From the sequence record NC_061447.1: 64,000 nt of DNA; one strand, 5' to 3'. Below, in pieces: positions 55,445 through 64,000 of this stretch (positions are counted from its first letter, which is position 1; each line of letters opens with the position of its first letter). The notes below the pieces were generated by a model. The model searched no databases. It was given only the letters and a program-made list of their open reading frames with translations, and had not been told where the DNA came from. A program made the translations under genes and the position numbers.

Positions 55445-55941
55445 TAGAACTCCTTAGAATCTTTGACGACGGTAGCAAGGAACTTACCGTTACGCAGGTT
55501 AGATGCAGACAGAATCAGGTCAGCACCAGAGCCAGCAGCGCCGATAGTCAGAATCAAGAAGCCACCATAAGGCGTGCTTGCAATATCTTTGTTGAAGACA
55601 ATCACGTTGTACGCGTTCAACAAATCAGAGATAGTGCCCGCGAATGTGCCTTGCAGCGTAGCGCTCAGACGGAACTTGTATTTGTTATCGGAGCCGTGAA
55701 TCCAGCGCACAGGGTTAACGGTAACAGAAGTCAGGTCAAGCACCGCAGTAGCCCCGATAGCTGTCTGCACTGTAGTGCCGTCGGCAACAACAATGTTCGC
55801 AGGGTCAGGTACCTTAGCGAGGCAGATTGTCTTCTGCATGTTTGAAAGGCCGTACTTCAACGGCGGATCAGTTACAGGACGTTTGCCTGCATCTGGAATC
55901 ACAATGCCGTTGGCGACCAAAGGGAATGAAACTATTTCCAT
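55444..55941 (-). CDS. virion fibre-array protein, short paralog
   Basis: TIGAAGSGADLIL C-terminal motif. Confidence 0.6.
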   Translation of the reverse strand: MEIVSFPLVANGIVIPDAGKRPVTDPPLKYGLSNMQKTICLAKVPDPANIVVADGTTVQTAIGATAVLDLTSVTVNPVRWIHGSDNKYKFRLSATLQGTFAGTISDLLNAYNVIVFNKDIASTPYGGFLILTIGAAGSGADLILSASNLRNGKFLATVVKDSKEF

Positions 55942-55998
55942 TGTATGTCTCCAGTTAACTCGCTATAAAATTACTGACAAGTCGAATACGCTAGGCCA

Positions 55999-56949
55999 TC
56001 ACAGACGTATGGGATCTGTAGAGTATATGTCAGGCTGAGGTTGGATATTGAATGAAGTTGTGTTGCCTACACCCAATGTCTTAACGCCAAAATCTTCTTC
56101 GGTATAAAGCACTGTGCGGACGCGCGTACCTTCCCAAATAAACAGCGCGAACTTATCTATGGTCTGCGGTGACTCTGCATAGCCGCTGTTTCCGTATGGG
56201 TTTGAGCAGCAAACATACTTGCCTGCATCGTAGGTATTGCGGCGTACTGGAGTTGTTGCTCGCCACCAGCCTCCATTTGAAAAGGATTCCAGATATGCGC
56301 CCATACTGAACGCCATCAAGTCTGTTTGGTCAGATGCCCATGAGGAGTAGTTTGTGCCTGTGAAATTATACGACCACGAGTGAACAGACTTAGTGACTGT
56401 AGTTGCACTCGTTGACGTAAACAGTCTACGTCTGTGATTGTAAGCATCACCCGTCTGTCTACTAGCAGACGATACAGTGACTTGCGTATCAGGGAATGAA
56501 GCCAGGAATGTTGTAGGTAGCGTTGTCCCTTGAATAGCACTCGGTACTAATGAGAAAGGCGTATATGCAAAGTTTGTTGTATTCCCTGTGAATGGTGTGT
56601 TCGAGTTGTAGTTATCAATAAAGTCCATCTGGCTAGACTTACGTCCGTAGCCGTCCTTAAGACCTGTAACCAATAACGTTCGAATGACGCCATCATCCGA
56701 TGTGAAGTCCGGCGGTTCGGCAACCATGGTTAACTTCGAGTAATAGAGTCGTGCTTGTGTGTTGTACGCAGCGACACCCATCATTGGTTGACAGGTTATC
56801 GTGTTTCCAGAGATACTTGCAACGGAGCTTCTGCTATTACGAATTAAATCACGTAGCTCGGATATGCTTTTGAATTGTATCTGCTGGTTCGAATCGAAGA
56901 AGAATCCGTATTTACGAACATCATCCTGCTTCGGAAGAACAAGCAACAT
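55999..56949 (-). CDS. putative virion/fibre protein (lower GC)
   Basis: 316 aa, Ser/Thr/Asn-rich, within the structural block. Confidence 0.55.
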   Translation of the reverse strand: MLLVLPKQDDVRKYGFFFDSNQQIQFKSISELRDLIRNSRSSVASISGNTITCQPMMGVAAYNTQARLYYSKLTMVAEPPDFTSDDGVIRTLLVTGLKDGYGRKSSQMDFIDNYNSNTPFTGNTTNFAYTPFSLVPSAIQGTTLPTTFLASFPDTQVTVSSASRQTGDAYNHRRRLFTSTSATTVTKSVHSWSYNFTGTNYSSWASDQTDLMAFSMGAYLESFSNGGWWRATTPVRRNTYDAGKYVCCSNPYGNSGYAESPQTIDKFALFIWEGTRVRTVLYTEEDFGVKTLGVGNTTSFNIQPQPDIYSTDPIRL

Positions 56950-56958
56950 ATTGTGTCC

Positions 56959-58002
56959 TTACACTTTGAACAGTGTTTTGGTCCCAAATGGGTTCTCAAA
57001 TTCGATGTTCAATACAGCAACATCGCCAGTGGCCGCGGGTGCGGTCTGTATAATGTCCTGGCCAATTTTGGCACGAAGCATATACCCTTGACCATTGCAT
57101 TTAAACATCATCATGCATGAGGTCAGAAGCACGTCAGGCGTATTGTCTTTTCCAGTGACCGCAGTGCGCATAGGAAAAGCCGCACTATCACGGACATAAC
57201 CGCCGACGCCATTCGAAACAGTAGGTGCATCCCAAGCAGTAAACTGATTAAGTCCACTATAGCTGTAGCGTTTACCAACAGGCCTAATGAATGTGATATG
57301 AGGATTAGAAGCAGGACCACTAAGGACAGAAGGGATGCCTTGTATCGGCGAAGAGGTAGTCTGAATGTAGGAATAAGACTGCGCTCCTGATTCTGCCCGC
57401 GTATTCAGATTAAGAGAAGCATTCATAAATCCTGCATCATAACCACTATACGTTCCCCAGAAACCATCAACGTACCTAGAATACTGACTGCCTGCCTTAG
57501 AACTGTATGATTCAATTATGGATGATTCACGCATGTTCTCAGGGAAGACGAGCATACAGGATGAAGGCCAATAGTAACCAGTCTCGCCCGTATCTCTACT
57601 GACGCCGTTCCAGCCATTGAACACAGGATTGCCGTTAGCCCACTGCTGACCATTTCCTGCAGCTGTATCGTACACACAGAAATAACGTTCGGCCATAGCC
57701 TTATAGGTCTGAATTGCCGTGTAGCTATTGTGAGGAGCAGAGTTGCCTGAGATTAGGTTAGCACTACGCGCAGGGTAGAAGTAGTTGTCCTTAACACCGC
57801 TCATAGGGCTTAAGGTAACTTGGTCGCCTTGTGTATCAGAGCTATTTCCCCAAGCACGGGCAGAAGCAATCTTAGATATGTAATGCTCCTCGTCAACGTG
57901 TGCGTCTGATATGTCTGTCTGATCATCAAAGTAAAGACCTCGATGTACAGCCAGCTTGGCAATCGCATTCGCCTTATTGTTATGGTACGTGGCATACAAC
58001 AT
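56959..58002 (-). CDS. putative virion/fibre protein (lower GC)
   Basis: 347 aa, AGGAG SD; C-terminal KIGQDII resembles the array tails. Confidence 0.55.
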   Translation of the reverse strand: MLYATYHNNKANAIAKLAVHRGLYFDDQTDISDAHVDEEHYISKIASARAWGNSSDTQGDQVTLSPMSGVKDNYFYPARSANLISGNSAPHNSYTAIQTYKAMAERYFCVYDTAAGNGQQWANGNPVFNGWNGVSRDTGETGYYWPSSCMLVFPENMRESSIIESYSSKAGSQYSRYVDGFWGTYSGYDAGFMNASLNLNTRAESGAQSYSYIQTTSSPIQGIPSVLSGPASNPHITFIRPVGKRYSYSGLNQFTAWDAPTVSNGVGGYVRDSAAFPMRTAVTGKDNTPDVLLTSCMMMFKCNGQGYMLRAKIGQDIIQTAPAATGDVAVLNIEFENPFGTKTLFKV

Positions 58003-58011
58003 AAAAACTCC

Positions 58012-58647
58012 TTAATCTAATTCGAATGCGCTAGCAGGAGGTACGAATGTGGTGTCGTAACGAGAGAAGTTACTCACACGAATCTGATCCCAATAACTAT
58101 TCGAGGACCCTTCGTACCCACCAATGCGCAGAGGTACGGCGGACATGCCGAATCCAGGAGCGGTGTCAGTAGTAGTCATTTTAGCAACACCATCAATCCA
58201 GATAGTATATACGTTGCCCTTGCGCGTTAACGCTAGGTGATACCAACGACCAACAGGAATGATCGCAGCAGCAGAAGCCATAGCGTATTGTGTGCGAGTC
58301 TGTAGATACACGTTGCCTTGATATGTCTTAAAGCAACTCGACACACCATCACCCTTACTCAACCACCACTGATTGCCTGTGATACTAATCGTATACACCC
58401 AGCCCTCAATAGTGAAGTCACCGATCTCGAATGGCAAGTCTGTGGTACCGAAGTCCACATAACCGTTGTTCATCAGAAAGGATTTGTCACCAAACTTGGA
58501 TTGTGCCGTGCTTACGACAGGGCTTGTCCACAGTGTTAGCTTTCTTCCTGGAACGGCGAGATCGTTGAATCCGTCTGTAGCTCTCAAGAGCACACGCGTC
58601 TTGTCGCCAACATCGAAGTCATACGTCAATGCTTGGACGTAAGTCAT
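58012..58647 (-). CDS. LamG/concanavalin-A-like domain virion protein
   Basis: SKFG..S, GDFTIEGWVY, WYHLALTR...IWIDG, YWDQIRVS..RY...FVPP. Confidence 0.85.
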   Translation of the reverse strand: MTYVQALTYDFDVGDKTRVLLRATDGFNDLAVPGRKLTLWTSPVVSTAQSKFGDKSFLMNNGYVDFGTTDLPFEIGDFTIEGWVYTISITGNQWWLSKGDGVSSCFKTYQGNVYLQTRTQYAMASAAAIIPVGRWYHLALTRKGNVYTIWIDGVAKMTTTDTAPGFGMSAVPLRIGGYEGSSNSYWDQIRVSNFSRYDTTFVPPASAFELD

Positions 58648-58670
58648 GGTGAAAATCTCCGATAGAAGGT

Positions 58671-58702
58671 AAAATGGCCCGTACCATTAAGATACAGGCC
58701 AT
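58671..58702 (-). terminator. probable intrinsic terminator
   Basis: Minus strand ATGGCCTGTATC-TTAAT-GGTACGGGCCAT-TTT. Confidence 0.55.
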
Positions 58703-58707
58703 ATATG

Positions 58708-59289
58708 TTACACCAGCAGACGGCCTGCGATAGTGATTGCCACGCCGTTCAGTGTCGTATCAGCAGTATCTGGTGCGACAACGCGGAGCTGGTCACCAGC
58801 AACCAGAATGATCTCAGTGTCGAGATATGCAGATAACGGTGCGAATACGCCAGTCTTAGAACCAGCACCGAACGTGATGGTACCAAGCTGAATGACAGCC
58901 TGAGTAACTGTGTCGTATGCGCTTACTTTGAACACCGCTTGAGCGGTAGCAGCAACATCAGCATTCGCCATAGAGCCAGCGAAGTTTTTGATGATTGCAG
59001 TGGTACGTACTGACAGGTAACGCGCAATCTCTTGGCCACCAGCGTAGCGCTTGAGAATGCTCAGGCCTACGTCATATGGATTTACAGACTGCAACTGGTT
59101 AACCCACTTAGCGCGGACAGTCGAGTAGACGTACAGGCCAGGCTGGTTAGCGCCAACAACAGCAGTCAGGTTCCATACACGACCGTTTGTTGGGTTTGAA
59201 GGAAAGGTAGGTCCAGATGAATTAGGGTCACCTGGTGCGCGTGTAATCTGAGCTTGTTCGCCTGCGAGTTGCAAACCAAAAGTATACAT
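58708..59289 (-). CDS. virion/fibre-associated protein
   Basis: FPSNPTNG..W..W motif and beta-sandwich C-domain (LVAGDQL...D.TL). Confidence 0.65.
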   Translation of the reverse strand: MYTFGLQLAGEQAQITRAPGDPNSSGPTFPSNPTNGRVWNLTAVVGANQPGLYVYSTVRAKWVNQLQSVNPYDVGLSILKRYAGGQEIARYLSVRTTAIIKNFAGSMANADVAATAQAVFKVSAYDTVTQAVIQLGTITFGAGSKTGVFAPLSAYLDTEIILVAGDQLRVVAPDTADTTLNGVAITIAGRLLV

Positions 59290-59300
59290 TGTTTATCTCC

Positions 59301-59522
59301 TTAGGCGATCCGCACATGCCCCGTAACTGCATACGGGAATGTTACTTTGACCGTATTCATATCCACAACGATAACATCGAGTGGTAGCACTTGATGGAGC
59401 TTACCATCAGGCATATTCACGCAAGTTGTCACTGCGACGTAGCGGCCGAAGTTATGTGCGATCGTCCATTCGGTCGCGGGCGTCTCCTGTTCAAAGGTGC
59501 GCCCCATCGAATAGTTGATCAT
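59301..59522 (-). CDS. single WxxxHN(L/F)G module protein
   Basis: WTIAHNFGRYVAV...DMNTVKVTF...GHVRI. Confidence 0.65.
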   Translation of the reverse strand: MINYSMGRTFEQETPATEWTIAHNFGRYVAVTTCVNMPDGKLHQVLPLDVIVVDMNTVKVTFPYAVTGHVRIA

Positions 59523-59533
59523 GCGAATCTCCC

Positions 59534-60130
59534 TTAATACAGAATAACAGTACCAGACTGCGCACTGTCAAACGTGATGGTGAGCTGGGTATTGCTATCA
59601 TGGACGATAGACTTAGGCTGAACTTCTTTCGTACCTTGATAGATACGAACAGCAGGATGGTAGCCGAGGTTATGAGTAACAACCCACACAGCTTCGTCAG
59701 TGAATGACGCAGTGAACGCAACTGTAGGTGCAGGCAGACCGCTCTCGATACCAGACAGCAGAACAGCAGTACCAGCAACAGGCTCAGGGAACAGCACGAT
59801 TGTGGTGTTAGCATCTTGCGCTTTGATCGAGGAAGGCATCAGCACTTCACCATTTCCATCGTAGCACTGTACGATAGGTGTTGCTGTGTTCATGTTGTGG
59901 GCGATTTCCCAGCGAGATGAAGCAGATGCCTGTGCATGACGGTACATCGTCATTTGCTGAGTCAGTGGAACCCAGATAGGTAGCTCCAGAAACTCAACAC
60001 AGAACATCAGTCGCTTGTCCATGAAGATTGCCATGCCCGGCTGAGGGTTAGTTGGCCAATCAGAAACTTCTTCGAACTTGAAGTTCTTGATCGAACCGAA
60101 CTCTAAATCTAAACTCCCGAGGACTTTCAT
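59534..60130 (-). CDS. fibre protein with two WxxxHN modules
   Basis: WEIAHNMN..., WVVTHNLG...; start at ATG 60130 after AGGAG. Confidence 0.7.
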   Translation of the reverse strand: MKVLGSLDLEFGSIKNFKFEEVSDWPTNPQPGMAIFMDKRLMFCVEFLELPIWVPLTQQMTMYRHAQASASSRWEIAHNMNTATPIVQCYDGNGEVLMPSSIKAQDANTTIVLFPEPVAGTAVLLSGIESGLPAPTVAFTASFTDEAVWVVTHNLGYHPAVRIYQGTKEVQPKSIVHDSNTQLTITFDSAQSGTVILY

Positions 60131-60150
60131 AAATCTTCTCCTGAAAGGTA

Positions 60151-60178
60151 AAAAGGGCAGGCAGATGCCCACCCTTTT
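60151..60178 (-). terminator. probable intrinsic terminator
   Basis: Minus strand GGGTGGGC-ATCT-GCCTGCCC-TTTT. Confidence 0.6.
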
Positions 60179-60188
60179 ATTATGCTAC

Positions 60189-61814
60189 TTACGCTTCTGG
60201 TTCAACGTAGGCGTTAGTACCAGTTACGAATGCGATTGCGACTTTCTTCGCAGTAGCCAGCTCAACACGCAGACTGTTTGCGTCGATGAACACAACTTCA
60301 TCAGGGATGATCTGATAGCCAGTGTCGTCAACAACGGTGACAGTACCGTACTTCACGCCAGCATTGTGGGTGAAGGTGTGGGCAGTTGCGGCAGCATCAC
60401 CAGCAGCAGTTTTGTCGTACTGGTACAGTTTAGCAGCAGCGCCGCCAGAACCAGCAGCGATAGCATCGTCAACGTATTTCTTGCTGACAGCAGAAACGTC
60501 GGTCAGAGCACCAGTACCAGTCAGGTTGATGTGGTCAACGTCACCACCGTTTGCGTCGATGAAGCCACCAGCAGTTTTAACCGCAGCAACGTCAACAGCG
60601 ATTTTGCTGTTAGTGGTGTCCTGTTTCAGGCCATCACCCAGGGCAGCCGCAGCAATCTGAGTATAGCCCACACCGCCGTCAGCAATCGCCAGACCATCGA
60701 CAGAACGTGCCAGAGTAGCGCCGTCCAGTTTAACGCGAGTGCTACCAGCGTTATCTTCCAGGCCACCAGCAGAGTCCAGCTTCGCAGTCACAGCGTTAGA
60801 GGTGATCTGAATACCAGCACCAACAACGACGTTAACAACGTTACCAGATTTGTTCAGACCGTCACCGGCGTTGAACTCAGAAGCACCGCCGAACGTAGTC
60901 CACACAGTGCCGTCAAAACGACGATACTCTTTGATGGACTTAATCCAGGTAACAGCGCCACCAGCTTCGCTGCCAGTAGGGTCGAACACGATAACGAACG
61001 CAGTGCCGTTATAGCGAACGATCATGTTGTCTACCAGACCAGTGATAGAACCGAAGTTCGGGTTGATCTGGTCAGCGGCCAGAATCAGGTACTGTTTGCC
61101 AGCTACCAGCTCTGGGTCGAGAGTACCGTCTTCCTGGATAGCGTCAGAGTCTTGCAGCCAGTCGATGCCTGCGATAGCGTTGTCGATATCGATCTTACGA
61201 GCGGCATCGTTCGCGTTAGCAGGTGCAGCCAGGTTAGAAACGGTGTTACCGTTCGCGTCGAGGTCACCAGTCAGTTGACCATTAGCAGCGTTCAGCTTAC
61301 CAGCCAGAGCAGTTTCGTTCGCGTTAGCTTTGTTGCTAACCGCAGTGATCTGCGACTGAATGTTGGAGCTTGCGCCAGACAGATAGCCCAGCTCGGCAGC
61401 AGTTACGTTTGAGGTTTGCAGTTCGTTGTCTGCACCAGCAACCACTACGCCGTTTTCAGTCAGGCCGGTCAGCTTGTCCTGCTTGGTAGCAACAACTGTT
61501 TCAACGTGCTTTTTAGACACAGCAGCGTTGTCACCAGAAGCAGACTGGTCAGGGCCAGACAGCAGCAGGTCAGCAGTCATCGGTACAGTACCGTCAGCCA
61601 GGATAGCGCCTTCTACAGAACCGCCACCGCCCAGCTCTTTGATTGCAGTACCATCGAAGTATTTGTACTTCCCGTCGGTGCTGTTGTACCACATACGTGC
61701 AGTTTGTGCCTGCACCAGATCGCCTACAACTGGGTCAGTAGCAAGAACCTCTGGACGGAAGTTCTTAATCTGAGCACTGAGCATCAGTTCAATATTACCA
61801 GTACGCATTGTCAT
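60189..61814 (-). CDS. long tail-fibre/whisker-like structural protein
   Basis: 541 aa, Gly/Ala-rich; AVSKKYVD / AARKIDID fibre motifs; C-terminal HN module; strongly biased codons. Confidence 0.75.
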   Translation of the reverse strand: MTMRTGNIELMLSAQIKNFRPEVLATDPVVGDLVQAQTARMWYNSTDGKYKYFDGTAIKELGGGGSVEGAILADGTVPMTADLLLSGPDQSASGDNAAVSKKHVETVVATKQDKLTGLTENGVVVAGADNELQTSNVTAAELGYLSGASSNIQSQITAVSNKANANETALAGKLNAANGQLTGDLDANGNTVSNLAAPANANDAARKIDIDNAIAGIDWLQDSDAIQEDGTLDPELVAGKQYLILAADQINPNFGSITGLVDNMIVRYNGTAFVIVFDPTGSEAGGAVTWIKSIKEYRRFDGTVWTTFGGASEFNAGDGLNKSGNVVNVVVGAGIQITSNAVTAKLDSAGGLEDNAGSTRVKLDGATLARSVDGLAIADGGVGYTQIAAAALGDGLKQDTTNSKIAVDVAAVKTAGGFIDANGGDVDHINLTGTGALTDVSAVSKKYVDDAIAAGSGGAAAKLYQYDKTAAGDAAATAHTFTHNAGVKYGTVTVVDDTGYQIIPDEVVFIDANSLRVELATAKKVAIAFVTGTNAYVEPEA

Positions 61815-61832
61815 TCTCCTGAGTGCGTGGGA

Positions 61833-62576
61833 TTAGAAGAAGTTACTTTCACAGTCATCGAGGCTACAGCGTAGCTTCTGGTAGGCCGTAATTCTTTCTT
61901 CCGTAAGATTGATATATTTATCATCAATATTGTACTTCACTCGGATTGGCACATCGTACCCATCGAGCAGGCCGTGACGTTGATAAACTTCAAGGCGAAG
62001 TACCGGGGCGCTGACTCCACCGCGTTCCATAATGGTGAGGTCAATCTTGTCGGCATAAATGAATGGTCGTTCACGCTTACACAAGATGTAGTCAATCTCA
62101 TGCAAATTAAACAATGTGAAATTCATATAGCCAATAATGAACTCGGCTATGAGTTTAAACGATTCACTCATGTCCTGCCGAAACTGTTGTGTGAGAATCT
62201 GATCAACGTAAGGTCGAATTACCATACGCATCTCATACCAACTCTCACAGAACAGCGCGGGAAAGTCTTCTGGGTGGTGGGCCATAAGACCCAACACCTC
62301 GTTTTCCGTATCTGCAAAGGAACTTAAAATATCAGTGGCATCGTGTTCCATTTCGACACCACGACCAGTTGAAATGAATCGACGTTCAATGTCTCTCAAC
62401 CAAGACTCCGACGCAGATAGGTATTGAAGCAATGTTTCTCGTGCGGCAGCCGTGAAGTCATGCCTGTTGGAGTCAAGGACTTCACCAAGCATAAAGGCTT
62501 TCGCTTTGTAGAAATCACCATAGCGTTCGGCGGTGAATCGTCTGAACCCTATGTTATTCTTCAAATAGCCCATCAT
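61833..62576 (-). CDS. hypothetical protein
   Basis: 247-aa ORF. Confidence 0.65.
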   Translation of the reverse strand: MMGYLKNNIGFRRFTAERYGDFYKAKAFMLGEVLDSNRHDFTAAARETLLQYLSASESWLRDIERRFISTGRGVEMEHDATDILSSFADTENEVLGLMAHHPEDFPALFCESWYEMRMVIRPYVDQILTQQFRQDMSESFKLIAEFIIGYMNFTLFNLHEIDYILCKRERPFIYADKIDLTIMERGGVSAPVLRLEVYQRHGLLDGYDVPIRVKYNIDDKYINLTEERITAYQKLRCSLDDCESNFF

Positions 62577-63091
62577 CGCAATGCCCTCAAATCATTCAAC
62601 TCCGTGTTGCCTTGAGCATTCGGGGTTGTATAAAGAGAACTGGATATGCTCTGCAATCGCAGACCGAGCTTCTCAAGTTCTTGTTGACTCCCACCTAACT
62701 TATCAAGCACTTCGCGCATTAGCTCGACTGATACCTGATGGTCATGGGACTGCTGGGATATGATTCGTTCGAAGCGCTGCATCGCACGGAGAACTGAGTT
62801 CAATCCCTCTTTCATGTCCAAATTATCGACTGGTGCGGAGTCGGCGATTGACTGAATCAGTCGCATCATCTGCGCCAAGTCGGCTTGCACTATACTGCTA
62901 TCTGGATTGACAGCAGTAGTCGCGGCTTCCAGCTCTGCATTCCGCTCTTTCAGTTGCTCCAGTTCTTCAAGCTGAGGCAGTATTTTCCACCAAACATAGC
63001 CACCGCCAATGATCAGTAGAACAACAGAGAAGACAGTCGCATAGTTGGACGCGAGCAACTTGTCTAAAATTTCCGCCCACATTATATTCAA
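62573..63091 (-). CDS. membrane-anchored coiled-coil protein
   Basis: N-terminal TM, heptad-like body. Confidence 0.7.
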   Translation of the reverse strand: MNIMWAEILDKLLASNYATVFSVVLLIIGGGYVWWKILPQLEELEQLKERNAELEAATTAVNPDSSIVQADLAQMMRLIQSIADSAPVDNLDMKEGLNSVLRAMQRFERIISQQSHDHQVSVELMREVLDKLGGSQQELEKLGLRLQSISSSLYTTPNAQGNTELNDLRALR

Positions 63092-63372
63092 CCCTTACAG
63101 GTGTTGTCGTTCAGATCAACAATAATCCTCTCGGCACCTGGTTCGTTTACGTCAGTGGTTTTGTACGTGTGCGCCATCCTAGGCTTGAACTCTAAGCAAC
63201 TCTGTCCGTAACGACCATCGACGACACAAATGGCAGACAAGCAGCTAACATCTTCCTTGAGTATTAAATTTTCAGGAGACTCGTTGGCGCTCCTAACAGC
63301 AGTGATCACGAAACCAACCACAGCGAGAGAAACGGCAACGACAATCGCAATCCTAATTCGCTTGGCTTGCAT
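63088..63372 (-). CDS. small membrane-anchored protein with three Cys
   Basis: N-terminal TM; CLSAIC...C. Confidence 0.6.
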   Translation of the reverse strand: MQAKRIRIAIVVAVSLAVVGFVITAVRSANESPENLILKEDVSCLSAICVVDGRYGQSCLEFKPRMAHTYKTTDVNEPGAERIIVDLNDNTCKG

Positions 63373-63436
63373 TTCGGGTTCTACCTCATGGTCCTTTTAT
63401 CTGACTGAAATTAGCGAACCACTTGTGTACGGAAGG

Positions 63437-64000
63437 TCATTCCTTCAATACACCACCAATCTCCGCAAACATATTTTTGTAAACCAATGAGCCATCCAGC
63501 TTGTCCAATCGTTCAGCCTGAACATAAAGTCTAGGTGATGTGCGCATGTTAGCCCACGTCTTCTCATTACGGTCGAGTCCACCAAGCATCGGGATAATGA
63601 CCATACTGAGATTCCTATTTGCTCTGACGAAACCTATGTCAATATGCTTCCTGTTTATGCTTATGAACAGTCTATTGATTGCGTCCAAACCAACAGGCCG
63701 ATTGAATTCCGTGTCACTAACAGTATTGACCAAGCTAATGAGAAACCCTTTCTCCTTACTTTCGATATCAAACAAGTTCTCTTTTAAATCGCCAACAGTT
63801 GACGCAGAGTAATACGATACGTCATGACCATAATCTTTGAGGCAAGCACCTAACGCACGAGCAGATTCGATGTGCGCAACGTTATCATCTCTCAGGATAT
63901 AGACAGGAGCATCGGACTGATAGGTCTTCTGCGCAACCATGTTGATAAGATCGCAAGAGGGCTTGCCTACAGTGGCCAAGCCCTTATTGGCGATAAAGAA
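63437..64000 (-). CDS. hypothetical alpha/beta protein, 5' partial
   Basis: Frame is open to the window end (FFIANKGLATVGK...). Confidence 0.6.
   Translation of the reverse strand, partial: FFIANKGLATVGKPSCDLINMVAQKTYQSDAPVYILRDDNVAHIESARALGACLKDYGHDVSYYSASTVGDLKENLFDIESKEKGFLISLVNTVSDTEFNRPVGLDAINRLFISINRKHIDIGFVRANRNLSMVIIPMLGGLDRNEKTWANMRTSPRLYVQAERLDKLDGSLVYKNMFAEIGGVLKE

Noticed and set aside
60078-61412. 444-aa + strand ORF
   Set aside because: Antisense shadow of the 541-aa fibre gene, whose biased codons leave few opposite-strand stops; no SD or recognisable motifs.
1-64000. tRNA, rRNA or CRISPR arrays
   Set aside because: I found no cloverleaf/T-loop signatures in intergenic space and no regularly spaced repeats by eye; a tRNAscan or CRISPR finder run would confirm.

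Overview
The window is a gene-dense segment of a large tailed phage genome, probably a jumbo myovirus of enterobacterial plant pathogens. The gene content resembles what I recall of the 'hairy' Erwinia Y3 / Dickeya JA-AD1 group, but that assignment is inference and needs a search. The + strand block (1-45222) carries a DnaB-like helicase (5' partial), an intein-containing large terminase, a portal, a 5'-3' exonuclease, a macrodomain protein, Dam, dCMP deaminase, thymidylate synthase, ASCH, DUF4326 and HD-domain proteins, and many small accessory ORFs. The - strand block (45279-64000) carries a holin/spanin-like cassette and a long array of paralogous fibre/lectin-like virion proteins. The strongest signal is a candidate DNA cytosine hypermodification pathway. 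It has a CmoA-like carboxy-SAM synthase, a DUF1611/DgcN-like protein, a glutaminase-less AsnB-like amide ligase and a degenerate Glu-racemase-like protein in one operon (12616-15937). About 15 kb downstream is a C5-cytosine methyltransferase whose motif X has Arg in place of the conserved Asn (GR, not GN) and whose catalytic Cys is interrupted by an intein. Other signals: a 52-aa ORF ending in an NrdA-like CxxxxCKI tail, an Acb2/Tad1-like hairpin fusion, a frameshifted Toprim gene and a recurrent CTGTAAATA promoter-like motif. I saw no tRNA, rRNA or CRISPR array. All family calls are by-eye motif recognition, not database results.
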